Shown one piece after another: positions 14,810 through 27,726 of a stretch of DNA of 64,000 nt. Position numbers and translations under genes: made by a program. The notes under the pieces were generated by a model. It was given only the letters and a program-made list of their open reading frames with translations, was not told the DNA's origin and made no database searches. Each line of letters begins with the position of its first letter. Within the stretch, counting starts at the first letter, position 1. The stretch is taken from positions 33,743,737-33,807,736 of the forward strand of contig JAUZTB010000017.1 in assembly GCA_034780895.1 (NCBI GenBank), in the 5' to 3' direction. The DNA comes from Rhynchobatus australiae. Lineage: Eukaryota.

Positions 14810-15190
14810 TGTTACGTACCAGCAACAACAGAAACACACCGAGACATGTTTAAGTGTTAAAAACTACTTTATTAATAACTATTTATGATAATAAGTAAAA
14901 TAAAAGTAAAAATGTTAGAAGTAAAAATGTTAAACCCCAAACATTAACCCCAAAAACTAACTAAACTTGTCATGTGTGTGTGGCAAATTCNNNNNNNNNN
15001 NNNNNNNNNNNNNNNNNNNNNNNNNNNNNNNNNNNNNNNNNNNNNNNNNNNNNNNNNNNNNNNNNNNNNNNNNNNNNNNNNNNNNNNNNNCGAGAAAGTC
15101 ATGGCTGATTGCCTTCCATGTGACTATGTGTCATATCACGTGTTCATACTTCCATTTTATCCATTTTTAAACAAAATTAATTCTCTCACA
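14810..15190 (-). mobile_element. Probable solo LTR (interrupted by a gap)
   Basis: TGTTACG... and ...CTCACA termini, with AATAAA on the minus strand near the left end. The first ~130 bp match 63146-63279 in inverted orientation. Confidence 0.5.
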
Positions 15191-15404
15191 TGTTGATCAC
15201 TGTGTAGAAGCATGGATATAATTTAATATCTCACAAAGTTTCTTACAAAAATACAGCAGCCCTGGTCTCCACTGGCATTTAAGCATTTTAGTTCATCCTG
15301 AAAGGTGAGACACTGATGGAGGTTTCTCATTTCCCTTCTTCTTTTCCTGTGGTAATACAGCACCCTTTTGTTATAGGAATAAAGACAGGAGATACTGTAA
15401 ATAC

Positions 15405-16270
15405 TTGTCACGTCAGGCAGCCAGCATTTCTGAACCTTTCAAGTTGGTAACCTTTCATCAGGGCTGGGAAAAGTTAGAAGTGACGCAGGTTTTAGGTTGC
15501 AAATAGAACAAAAGGGTGTGTCTGAGATAGGGTGGAGACCAGGAGAGACTGAATGATGCAAGTGGTGGTGGTGTGAGCTAAATGGAAGTGGTAAAAGTGG
15601 GAGGAGATGAAGGAAATGTGAAATCCAGGAGAGAGAGGAAAAAATCCCTGAATGCTGGAAATGGGCAATAAAAGACTGGAACAGTTAATAATTGAAAAGG
15701 ATTGGATTCATTGTCAAGCCCTGAAAACCTTTGCACATTAAAATACAGTGTTTTCCAAGAATCCTAGATACACAAGCTCCGATCTTTAACAAATCACATG
15801 CAACTCTAACTTCCTCAACCTTATGTTGGAACAGTGGGACCACTTGTTAATCTGGAGGTCAAAAAGAGGTCAAAGGGTGGGAGACAGAATTGAAAGAGTG
15901 GGTATTGGGAAGCTCAAGGTCACCCTAAGTTCAACCGCTTTGCAAAGAACCCACCTGAACTGCATGCTGTTTCCCCTACGCACAGGAGACCACGTCGTGA
16001 GCACCAAGAGCATTGCTCTAAACTGGGAGAAGTGAAAATAAATTGCTATTTCACCTGGAAAGGGTTTGGGTCCCTGGATAATAAGAAATGAGGTGATAAA
16101 TGGAAGGTGTGGCATGTCATGCGATTGTGTGGGAGGATGCTGTGAGAAGAGGGGACTGTATTGGTGAAGATAGAGTGAGGACCAGGTCATTGCCAAGGAA
16201 GGGTCTCTTTGGAATGCTGAATAGGGAGGAGTAGAGAAGATGAGTCTGGTGGTAGCCTCGTGTTGGAATG
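15405..16270 (-). mobile_element. Penelope-like element relic with hammerhead motif
   Basis: Same layout as 59040-59772. Minus strand CTGATGAaAGGTTaccAACTTGAAA at 15431-15466. Confidence 0.6.
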
Positions 16271-16344
16271 TCAGAAATTACAGAGTACAAACTGTTGAAG
16301 CCCCTTTAACCTCTGAAATAAATGGTGTCCTTACATCTAGATGG

Positions 16345-16588
16345 ACTCTTGACATCACAATCTACCTTGTTATGACTTTGCACCTTACTGTCTACCTACA
16401 ATGCACTTCCCTGCAGCTGTGACACTTTACTCTGTACTGTTATTGTTCTTACCTGTACTACCTCAATGCACTCTGTACTAACTCAACGTAACTGCACAGT
16501 GTAATGAATTGATCTGTACAAACGGTATGCAAGACAAGCTTTTCATCGTACCTCGGTACAAGTGACAAAAAGAAACCAATACCAATCT
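16345..16588 (+). mobile_element. Rex1/Babar-like LINE 3' UTR
   Basis: Ends ...GCTTTTCATCGTACCTCGGTACAAGTGACAAAAAGAAACCAATACCAATC, a typical tail with a short terminal repeat. Family assignment from memory. Confidence 0.5.
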
Positions 16589-16689
16589 AATGATGCATGA
16601 GTAAATATTCTCCTGGTAAACAAGCTTTCTCATCATGACTGTAAAAGCTATCTTCATGATGTTTCAGAGTACGTGTAATATTCCTTGGC

Positions 16690-17285
16690 AATCAACCAGG
16701 CAGCAATGATCACTGCCTTCCTATATACTTCTGAGACTTGACTGTCTACAGCAGGTACCTCAAGGTACTGGAAAGATATCATCATCACTGTCTTGGCCAA
16801 ATCCTCTAAGTTCACTGGCAGTGAACTAATGCCAGTGTCCTTTCCAATATCCCCAAACAGAGACCCTAATTACGCTCAGTCAGCTCTATTGAGTAGACTG
16901 CATCATTCACACTCCTGACGCTTGACTCCTGAAAAAGGCAGTCCACTCTGAGTCCTGCCATGATCATTACCAGGTGGACAAAGGGAAAGATTCAAGAATG
17001 TGCTCAAAGTTTCCTTGAAAATAATGCAACATTCCCACTGACCCCAGCCCCACAATTGCTCACAGTGAAGAAGGAGTGCTCAGGATGGCAATGGGAAACA
17101 CAAGTCCATGCTTCAGGAGCATACAGAAGCCTGGTTGAAGTGGCAGAAGGAATGGATCACCTCATAAACTACCCAGCCCCCTGCTTCCCTATCTGTGAAA
17201 GAGTCTGCAGTTGCCATATTGGGCTCATCGGTCATCTTGAAACCCCTAAGCAAATCATCCTCCATTCCAGCTGACTGCCTAAGAA
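16690..17285 (+). mobile_element. RTE-clade LINE 3' fragment
   Basis: ORF 16960-17274 ends CFPICERVCSCHIGLIGHL, the RTE-type C-terminal C-x2-C...IGL.xH motif. Confidence 0.65.
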
Positions 17286-19198
17286 GAATATTCTTGCGTA
17301 ACCATAAAGCGATTATTTCCAATGTGCTTTAATTGACGTCTCTTGATGATCTAACAACCACTGACATTTATACAGTATCTTTAATTTTATGAGTATTATA
17401 AAAACAAAACTTGATACTAAGCCACAAAAGCTTTGTTAAAGAGATAGGTTCTATGGAACATTTTAGAGGTGAAGAGAGAGACAGAATGTTTTCGGAACGA
17501 ATTCTCAATATGGCCTTGGCAGCCAAAGGAGCATTCAGGATGGCATTGAGAACCTCCAGACCATGCATTGGAAGTGCACAGAAGCCCTGCATAAATAGCA
17601 GGTGTGCACTACTTGAAGACACAGATTCAAGTGATGGATCAATTAAAATTGGGGGTTCACCAACTAGCAGAATACCTTGGAGGAGGTTATAGAATTAAAG
17701 CTATGGAATGATTTGTAAACCATGAGGATTTTATGACCTCCTAAATAAAAATAAGGTTACCACACTCATTTTCCAGTCTGCCCTATTTTACCCGATCGAG
17801 GTAAAGCACCAATTGTAGTGTTCAAAATAGCTCCAGCTTTCCATGGATTTGAGAGGAAGATTAAAAACAGACAATGCTTCTGCTCCTAATTACTAAACAA
17901 TGAACAGTGGTAAAAATATCGAGGTGATGAGATTGACCAAAGACAGAACCGAGCTCAGTAACATTGCCCTTCAGGTTCAAGTACCAGCAGTTGATGATGT
18001 GTGCAGAATGGACACCTGACTGAGATACTGGAAGGCTTTGGGTACATCGATCAACTGAAATTCTGAACTGTTGATGGAGATAAGATTTGCATGTTATGCA
18101 AGAAGGAAATGTTGCCAAGATTATGGTTAACATTGCAGTCACTTCACCATACTTCCCGCAAAATTTGCAACGACACAGTGAAGAAAAGCATNNNNNNNNN
18201 NNNNNNNNNNNNNNNNNNNNNNNNNNNNNNNNNNNNNNNNNNNNNNNNNNNNNNNNNNNNNNNNNNNNNNNNNNNNNNNNNNNNNNNNNNNNNNNNNNNN
18301 NNNNNNNNNNNNNNNNNNNNNNNNNNNNNNNNNNNNNNNNNNNNNNNNNNNNNNNNNNNNNNNNNNNNNNNNNNNNNNNNNNNNNNNNNNNNNNNNNNNN
18401 NNNNNNNNNNNNNNNNNNNNNNNNNNNNNNNNNNNNNNNNNNNNNNNNNNNNNNNNNNNNNNNNNNNNNNNNNNNNNNNNNNNNNNNNNNNNNNNNNNNN
18501 NNNNNNNNNNNNNNNNNNNNNNNNNNNNNNNNNNNNNNNNNGTGGAGAGCTTAGACAAATTAGTGCAAATGTTCTCATTTGCTTTTGAACACTATGAAAT
18601 GTCATACATTGAAGGGAAACAGGATCACAGATATATTAAAAATAAAATATTCCTCCATTTGTTAATCTGGACTATGTAAATATCGCATGGCAAAGGGCAA
18701 ATGCCCTAACACATTAAAATTATTAATGGCAGAGTACCTAGTAAGGATACAATGGTCTAGGATGAAGTGCATAGATTCAGCAGAATGAAAGCAGATTCTA
18801 AGGGTTAGGTTGCAAGAAAAGATTCACAAACTACAGCTACATTCCTTGGAAGTTAGAAGTCTTTGTTAAAGTCATAAGGTATTTGAGTAGATAGCAAGAA
18901 ATTATTTTCACTGACGGGTAGTCAAGGGCAAGGGAGCACAAACTACAAATTAGAAAATTTAGATGAACTAAGGTAACATTTTTACAGACATAGATTGGTA
19001 GAAATTTGGAACACATCCACAAAAGATAATTAATGCTAAAACTGACAATTTGAAATCTGTAATTGATACTTTTTATTTTACAGTAGGTTGTAAGGAATAT
19101 GGGATAAAAACAGGGATATGAAGTTAAGTGACAGATCAGTGATAAACTCTGAGTGGCACGCTTGCATCAATGGGGCTGATTTGCCTACTTCAACAACG

Positions 19199-19958
19199 TG
19201 AGGTGTTGCACTCTGGGAGGTCAAAAATAAAACGATACAGTTAGTGGAAGGACCCTTAACAGCACCGATGTACAGAAGGATCTTGGCTCCAAGTCCACTC
19301 CTCCCTGAAACTGGCAACGCTAGTACATAGGTTGGTAAAGAAGCTGTATGGCATGCTTTTATTCATCATTAGGGATATAGAGTATAAGAGTCAGGAAGTT
19401 GTGATACACTTGTATAAAACTTTGGCTAAGCTACACTTAGAGTACTGCGTGCAGATCTGGTTGCCCCATTACAAGAAGGATGTGGAGGCTTTGGAGAGGA
19501 TGCAGAAGTTTACCAGGATGCTGCCTGGAGTAGGGGGTAAACAAACTTGGATTGTTTTTTCTGGAGTGTCAGAGGCTGAGGGGAGACCTGACAGGAGACT
19601 ATAAAATTATGTGAAGCAAAATCTTTATCCCAGGGTGGAAATGTCAAGTACTAGAGGGCACAGCTCTAATGTGAGCCAAGGAAGTTTTAAAGGGGATGTG
19701 AGGGGCAATTTTTTGTCTTTTTTAAAACACAGGTAGTGGTAGGTGCTTGAAATGGGCTGCCGGAGATGGTGCTGGAAACAGATTATGATGNNNNNNNNNN
19801 NNNNNNNNNNNNNNNNNNNNNNNNNNNNNNNNNNNNNNNNNNNNNNNNNNNNNNNNNNNNNNNNNNNNNNNNNNNNNNNNNNNNNNNNNNNNNNNNNNNN
19901 NNNNNNNNNNNNNNNNNNNNNNNNNNNNNNNNNNACTGCTCTATGTTCTATGTTCTAA
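19199..19958 (+). mobile_element. CR1 LINE 3' portion inserted only in copy A
   Basis: ORF 19332-19604 (LYKTLAKLHLEYCVQIWLPHYKKDVEALERMQ) and CTATGTTCTATGTTCTA tail. Absent from copy B near 31210. Confidence 0.88.
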
Positions 19959-20787
19959 CTTCTAATTTCCTATTTTCTTTTATAAGAATATGTCTTGCTC
20001 ATTGTTGCTGATAAATTTCAGTGGATGTCCAAGAGCAATGGACTAAAAGAGACAGAAATCATTAAGTGTGCACCCATTTTATTTCAGTGCATTAGGTGAT
20101 TAGCCAAACCATCCATTAAGGCCATGAATATAATCAAGAGTCCTCATCTATTTCCCTTTACCATTGCCATTGCTCAACTCAGTTTCAACCCCTCAATCAG
20201 CCTTTGGAATTAAACTACTACAATCTCTGGAATAAATTGTTCTCAAAAAAGGGAGGATGCAGAAATTCTAGTAGTTACTCATTTTTTTTGGCAGAGAGGC
20301 TCACATTATTGGAATGACTTGCAAGAGTTTTCAAACTTCTGTCAGAATTTGGTAATAGTTGTCGTTAAATTATGAACCACATTCCGTTCCTGATCTCTCT
20401 AAGCAAACATTCTGTCTCACTCTAAATTCCAATTGATCAAGATCCTTCTCTGACTTGCGCTGATAACCCCTTTGTTAAATGCCATAAATTTAAGATAGAC
20501 ATTCTTAAGATTCTTCCATTAGACCACTCCAGTTTCTATTCCAACCCTATACCCACATATTTCTACAGCTCCAGCTCTTTTACTGTGACACACCTCACCC
20601 ATATAACCACTGAGAGAGATAGCATTGAGAAAACTATGTTTTGCTTGACTTTTGAGATAGTATGTGCATACTGGAATCCTGGTTGACGGCTCGATCTCGT
20701 CATCATCCCTTACTGCTTTAGCTTTAAAAAAAGTGCCATAGACCAGCCAGAGACAAATGTTACACTTTTTGTATTCTGAAGGAAGAA

Positions 20788-21630
20788 TTCATAGAGTCGT
20801 ACACATGGAAAATGGTCCTTCAGCCCACCACATCCACACCAACCCAGTGGACATCCATCCACATTAATCGCACCTTTCAGCACCTGGCCCAAAGCCTTCT
20901 ATGCCTTGGCGATTCAAGTACTGGGCTAGACACTTCTTTAATGCTGTCAGCAACTCAGCTTCTACCACTTTCTCCAGCAGTGCATTCCAGATACTCACTA
21001 CTCTTTGGGTGAAAATGGTCCCCTTCAGATCCCCTCTAAATCATTTACCGCTTAACCTAAATCTATGTCCTCTAGTTCTATCTACCTCTGATATGGGCAA
21101 AAGCTTCCTGCAGTATGCCACATCTATACCCTTCATAATTTTATTTGCCACAATCAGGTTACGTTTTAACCTTCTCCACTCCAGGATAAGCAGACCTAGC
21201 TTCTCCAGTCTCTCCTCATAAATGGAACACTCCATCCCAGGCAACATTCTGGTGAATCACTTCTGCACCCTCTTCAGTGATTTCACATCTATCCTATAGC
21301 AGGTTGACCAGAACTGCACGCAGTACTCCAGCTGAGGTTCAACCAATGTTTTATAAAGTTGGAGCATAACCTGTTCCACTGGTCATCTAGTCATAGTGGC
21401 CATCTCCCCTCAGTCCTGATGCAAGGTTTTGACCCAAAACGTCGACAATTCCTTTCCTTCCCCCCACATGCTGCTCAACCCACTGAGTTCCTCCAGCAGA
21501 TTGTTTGTTGCTGGGGCATAACCTCCTTGCTCTTGTATTCAATGCCCCATTTAATAAAGTTTAGTATTCCTCTTAACCAGGTTATCTACCTCACTGCCAC
21601 CTTCAAGCATCTCTGGGCACGTCCACTCAT
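20788..21630 (-). mobile_element. CR1 LINE 3' portion (shared with 32198-32880)
   Basis: ORF 21041-21247 MLPGMECSIYEERLEKLGLLILEWRRL. Present at the equivalent site in both copies, so it predates the duplication. Confidence 0.85.
21373..21511 (+). mobile_element. 139-bp Penelope-type terminal fragment with hammerhead relic and 13-bp TSD
   Basis: Flanked by TGGAGCATAACCT (21360-21372) and TGGGGCATAACCT (21512-21524). Contains CAGTCCTGATGCAAGGTTTTGACCCAAAACGTCGAC. Empty site in copy B near 32765. Confidence 0.75.
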
Positions 21631-23811
21631 AGGGAAGTAATACATGATTTTAATACAGTAATTGAGATGATTTCATTGGACTTTGCTGATGGATAGTGTA
21701 GGAATCAAGTCAGTTTTGCTGACTTTAAGGGCCTACTACAGACTGAATATCTCAACCAAGATCATAGTAAAACAATTGTTTATTGATCCAGCTCTCAAAG
21801 ATCCTCATAGACAAAGTCACATCAAGTTCACAACAGAAAAATAGATCTGTCAGACCCAGGTTACAGGCCATTATTGAGATTCCACAGAACTCCTTCCACC
21901 CCTTGCTGTGCAGTCATATCATTCCATTCCTTGCTTCCTCATTTGTTTATCTGAATGTCCTTAAACAAATAAACTAGAAAATAAGAGAAATATTCATCAA
22001 AACAGATCACCACAATGGAGAGAGGAAGTGACTTATCTAAATCATTGACTTTTCATCAGCTCTGACACAGAGTGCTTTCACCATTATTTAAGACTTCTAG
22101 CATCCACAGTCTTTTGCTTCTGTGTGCTCTTAATACAAATAGTTTTTTCTCAGAAGCAGAACAGTACATTTCACTTCACAAGATTAGATATTCATTTATA
22201 TAATAATTGTTAACTGCTACGAGGTTTACCATTATGTATAAATGTGTAAAGTTGATGCATCAGGCATATCACAATTGAACCCACAGAACTTCTTTCTGTT
22301 GGTCACAATTTTTAACACTGGTAATAATGATAGTATCACACTGCAAACAGAAAATTGAATAAAGTTCAAAAAATGACAAACCATGAGAAGGTAAACCAAA
22401 CTGCTTAAAGGATAATTTGAAAAATCCTTACTGATTGTTGGAAGGAAAATTTACTATGTAACAAAGAATTAAAAAGAATATTTTGAATAAAATAACAAAA
22501 TATACTGAATCATAGCCACTTATATGCTTGAAATTTGGTAATAGTGGCCTGGATTTTGTGGTTGCTGATCTCTGGACCAAGTTTCTGCTCACCTTTCTCA
22601 AATCCCTAATGATAACATCTGGATCAAAGCTGCCATAGTTGCAGAGATGAAACTAACACTGTGGCAGCATGTTGCACACTCAAATCCAGTCAGATCAAGG
22701 GAGCCAAACAAAACCCTGAGCCACAAGGCACCAGTCGTAGTCATACCCTGACTAAGTTGGCTATCAAAGCTCCATGATAGGATTTGAATGCATCTGGCAT
22801 TCAGAAACTTTCCAAAACTATTACAAAATTAAAAAAAACATTTAAAAAACACCAAAACATACTTCTATAAGGAACCTGCTACTCAAGTTCATGCAGATGT
22901 TCAAAACTGCATTCTTAGCTTTTACATTTATGATTGAGAGCAATAAAACACCATTCAGAAAATATAGTATGCCCCTCTTCATTTTTCTGAGATAAAAATG
23001 CCAGAAGACGTGCCTGGCAGGTCAGGCACTGCATCCTACACACTTCCAGTCACTCAATGACCAGATCACCTTGTTTAAGAGCTTATCCCCATGGTCATCC
23101 TGGTTTTACCCTATCAGGGACATCCTCCCCTCCCCAACCCTCCTTGCAGCTTTATGAGCTTCTTTTCCCTCCTTCCCAGTTCTGACAGAGGGTCTTTGAT
23201 TTGAAACATTAACTCTATTTCTCTTTCCACAGATGTGGTCAGACCTGATGAGTATTTTCAGCCATTTCTAGCTTTATTTCTGTTTAAACATCACCTTTCC
23301 TTTTGCCTTGTATTGATAAATTCTCAGAACTAAAACCCTTCACCTGCTGGAAACCTAAATATTCAGCTAAGCACTGCAAGACATTTAGGAGAAGCCAGCA
23401 GAAAAGATTCACAAGGATGCCGCCTGGATTGGAGGGCTTGAGCTAAAAGGAGATTAGATAGGTTGTGCACGTTTTCCCTGGAGTTAAGAAGGCTGAAAGA
23501 TGACATGATGGAGGTATATTAAATTCGGAGAGGCAGAGATAGGAGGACGGCTAGAATCTGTTTCCATGNNNNNNNNNNNNNNNNNNNNNNNNNNNNNNNN
23601 NNNNNNNNNNNNNNNNNNNNNNNNNNNNNNNNNNNNNNNNNNNNNNNNNNNNNNTCTTTCACCCCTCCAATATCAAAACTCCAAAGATTCTGCTTGCACC
23701 ACCCTCTGAGAAAGAGTGTGTCCCATCTGAGAGAACAAAAAAATTTCCTCATCTGAAATGTATGCAGACAAAATGGGCAACCTCTTATTTTTAAATAGTG
23801 ATCCCAAGTTA

Positions 23812-24080
23812 GAGTCATAGAACCATAGAGCACAGAAACAGGCCCTTCATTCCAGGACCACCATCAAACAACCATTTACACTGATTACATTTTATTCTTG
23901 CCATGTTCCAACAACTCCGCCCTGATTCAATTAATCTACCAACCAGCACCTCTTTGGGGTGCAAGGGGAAGCTGGAGCACTCACAGGAAACCCATGTAGT
24001 CATATGGAGAATGCAAACTCCACGATCTGCACCAAAAGTCAGGATTGAACCCCAGTCACTGGTGCTGTCAGGCAGCAATT
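23812..24080 (-). mobile_element. HE1-like V-SINE
   Basis: Reverse complement resembles 24595-24968 (GGGTTCAATCCTGAC B-box region and V-domain). Confidence 0.7.
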
Positions 24081-24594
24081 CTATCCAAAAAATTCTTGAT
24101 CCTCCTCAAGGAAGGAATATCCTTGGATGTTGCAGGCTACAGAAGCAAGTAAAAATAGCAAAAGTAATGAATGGTGCTGAGGGCACTATACAGAGTTGCT
24201 AATACTGGATAGTCATATCCCACGAAGTTTCATCATAAGGTCATTTCCAAGTCCTGCTTTCCACAGGTTGTCTGATGGATCCTCCTTTATGGTGCACTGC
24301 CTTCCCAGGATCATTGAAAAATAGATAGTTCTGGGCAGGAGTTCAAAGAAATTTTTCCCATCGCCACCACACTGCCACTGTCCCTGCCAACCCCTCCTCT
24401 CCCAGCACCAATACAGTTATAATAAGGAATAAAAATATTCAAGGGAACTGGAACAGCAAACATTTTCTTTTGATTGCCCTATGCTTATTCTTTAAGTTGC
24501 CACTGTAGGTTCTGGAGATATATATTAAATTTTCAGGAGAGGTTTGGATGGTTGTTAATTCTACAAATTTGCAGTTGTGCTTGTGGAAACATCT

Positions 24595-24968
24595 GGGGGA
24601 TAGCACAGTTGCACAGCTAGTAGCGTTGCTACCTCACAGTGCTAGATACCTGGGTTCAATCCTGACCCCAGGTGCTGTCTGTGTAGAGTTTGCACGTTCT
24701 CCCCCTGATCAAGTGGGTTTCCTCCTGGTGTTCCAGGTTCTTCTCACATCCCAAGGATGTGCAGGTTGGGCCTCTGTAAATTGCCCCTAGTGTGTAGTAT
24801 GGTAGAATATGTGGGTGTGTGTGGGTGGTTGGGGGGTCTAGTTTATAAGAATGAAGGGAGAATTAAAAAAATGCAAATAACGTCAGATTATGTCAATGGT
24901 TGACTGATGGTCAGCATAGATTTGGTGGGCTGAAGGACCTGTTTCTGTGCTGTCTCTCTCTATGACTC
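24595..24968 (+). mobile_element. HE1-like tRNA-derived V-SINE, near full length
   Basis: A-box-like head, B-box GGTTCAATCC, V-domain GTCTGTGTAGAGTTTGCACGTTCTCCCC...GGGTTTCCTCC and a CR1-like tail GGGCTGAAGGACCTGTTTCTGTGCTGT. Confidence 0.82.
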
Positions 24969-27726
24969 CAAGGAAATAACTTTATGTTAAGTGCATTTGT
25001 ACAATCTGAAATATCTAGTTTTACTATTTTACTATTCTATGTTCCATTGTACAATTCATAAGAAAGTTAGTCCAACTGTTAGAAAATATGTTCTTTTGCT
25101 TATCAATCAGTACTGTTTATGCCAGGGTGCAAGAATGCAAGCCTGTTGAGTAATTTTTATTTAGTATAAGCTATCCATTATCAGCATCATTATTTTCTTT
25201 AAATATGTTCACTTATCTGTTGACAGTCTGGTATAATTCCAAGAAAATTGCATTTATTGCAAGCTGGAAATGTAGGAAATGCTGACAGTTGAGCAACATC
25301 TATGAATCTATGCCTGATGTCAGATGAAGACGAGGAGCTAAGACTGAAAGTGCAGTAAAAACCACCCCAGCTCCTAATCCATATTTAGTCCAATGACTCT
25401 TGAGGATTGCTGCACTCAACCAATTTGGGCAGCCTGCATACCCATGATTGTCATCATTGTATCCCATGTAAATCTCACTACTTTTACCACTCTTGCTCTT
25501 CCTTCTTAAATTTATGTTTTTGACAAAGCTTCTGGTCACCTGTACAGGAATCTCCTTAAATAGATTTGCACAAAATTTGGCTGGATAACTTTCCACGTCA
25601 GGATATTATACAACATTGAAAGCACTATGCAAATACAAGCTGCCTTTAATCTTACAGAACACAGACAGAGAGCGGGAGGTACAGACAGAGTGTACAGAAT
25701 ACACAGTGGACCTACATTTCATCCAAGGACTACATGTGGAGTACATTAATGCATTTGGATATCTCAACAATTAGAGATCATTTATAGTGGATACTCTGCG
25801 GTTTAGCACAGTGCCGTAATACACCCACGTTCATAATTATTGACTTTGGCAGAAAATTCACAAAATGAGACATTGAAAGCAGACTCTAGGATGGTCTCTT
25901 TTGGTTTAGAAATCTAATATCACAACAAAAAAATCCCAAGGCTGAAAAGAGATAGTATAGAATTAAATTAACTTCTGTCAAAGAACAAAAGCTTGCAAAA
26001 TTGCTTGGTTTTTTTATTCCCTTTGGAATACATCGACATTAGAGAAGCTTCCTTTCCACAGGATTATATAATGGCTGTACATCTGATTAATCATGGTTTC
26101 ATATCACCACCTGCTGACAGGAACTGAATACAGCAACTGATGATAATTTTACTTTGAAAATATATGTTTGAGGGAATGCAAGTTCAGCTTTATTTTTTTT
26201 AAAAAGTCCTCTATGAGGACATGGATTAACCTCTATGCATTTGGACTTCATTTTACCTCCTGTTTTTTTTTGTACGTGTGCAGTCATATTACAGTCAATA
26301 GTCTAAGACAACAGGTCACAACTTTCCTTTCAGCCTGGTGGAACTAGCTATACATCACTGTTCTCTGGTCTGGTTTTAACTATTCATTGGTCTCCTTCAA
26401 TATCCACCGACTAACTTTCACCCTCAATTGCTTCTACAGTCTACTTTGCAAAGTTCTTCTCCAGGGTGAATGAGTGTGAACAGCCTTTATCCACTTCCTG
26501 CTGGTCCAATTCCACACCATGAACCTGAAGTGTAGTTTGTCATTAACAGGTGAAAAGTGAGGGCATATGTACAGGAAATAAGAATAAGTTCACAAGGCTG
26601 CAGGTGGTGGTCACTATGATGAGATGGGGACCCAAAGCACATTGGTGGGGGCATAGCTTTAAGCTTGCAGCCAACGATGTGTACATGTTGACTAAAGTGA
26701 GCTCAACACTACCAGTGGGGGCCAGGAACAATATGCCCTGCCTTGATCAGCAGAGGATTAAGGGGAAGGGAAATCTATTAGTGATCTCCATGGCTTCACC
26801 AAACAAACCAGAAGACCAATGGTATAACTGGGACAATCATTAGCCTCTGCAACCAGGAGGACATAGATAATGAATGTTTAAATGGCAAACAAAGTTTACA
26901 GGAATGAAACAGAGTGGAACAGACCACTTCCAGTAGTTTGAGGCATTTAGATTGGAAAGGGACATGGATACAAGATTAACTAAGAGATTTAGGACTGAAC
27001 TTTTTTTTATGCAGTGTTAGAATTGAGCATTATTCTGCCCCTGTTGAATGTCCTATCCTACTGCAGATTAATCTTTGTCCTGAAGGTCTCTCGAAGACTT
27101 AACAGTATCCTGCCAATAATTAACGAAGAAGTATAGTCTGTGAGATACTGAAGAGAAACTGCAGTAAGGAGATTAGAAGGCAAAAAGGAAAATGGTTACT
27201 TGGACCAGATATCAGAACTACTGGAAAGAGAAATGAAACAGCAAAGAGAGCACGTGGAGTTTTGTGGCAGTAAGGAAGGTTATGGGAGGAGATGGAACAA
27301 GGCAGAAAATGGAAAAAGTGAAAAGGATCAAAGAAATTATAAAGTGATAGCAGCACCTTTAATTGGCATTACAAAATAAGATACAGAGATATACAGATGC
27401 AAAGGAACTGAAGGAGAGAGGACACAGGATGTCATCAGGAATCTAGTTATAGGAGGATAGAAGCAAAAAGGATAAGGAAATTTAATTTTAAATTTAGATG
27501 AACTACATTCTTTCCAGGGCTCCAGTTATCTTTGGGATTAAGTGGGCTGTAATTCAGGAGGAAATCAATGTATAAATATAAATCACAGCAATGAATTTTA
27601 AAAGCAAAAACCTTTTTGTGTTTATTGACTGCGATATATCTGCACAAGAATTATAGAGCTCTGATTAGGCTGATACACTTACTGTTAATCTATGATTGTG
27701 ACATGGTTCAGAGATGTGATCTTTAC

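Larger units (their letters stand above)
18940..22135 (+). repeat. Duplicated intronic block, copy A (intron 3)
   Basis: Colinear similarity to 30925-33355 across unique and repeat-derived sequence, e.g. GCTCATTGTTGCTGATAAA.TTCAGTGGATGTCCAA and AAAAATAGATCTGTCAGACCCAGGTTACAGGCCATTATT occur in both. Confidence 0.92.

Noticed and set aside
24595-24670. tRNA-like A/B boxes
   Set aside because: Head of a tRNA-derived SINE. No cloverleaf, and it continues into SINE body sequence.
25300-25596. 98-aa ORF ending in a hydrophobic stretch, as a possible alternative membrane-anchoring last exon
   Set aside because: The only candidate acceptor (CAG|GTG) has a poor pyrimidine tract and is phase 0, incompatible with exon 3 (phase 2). 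Its 5' part overlaps a SINE-like tail.
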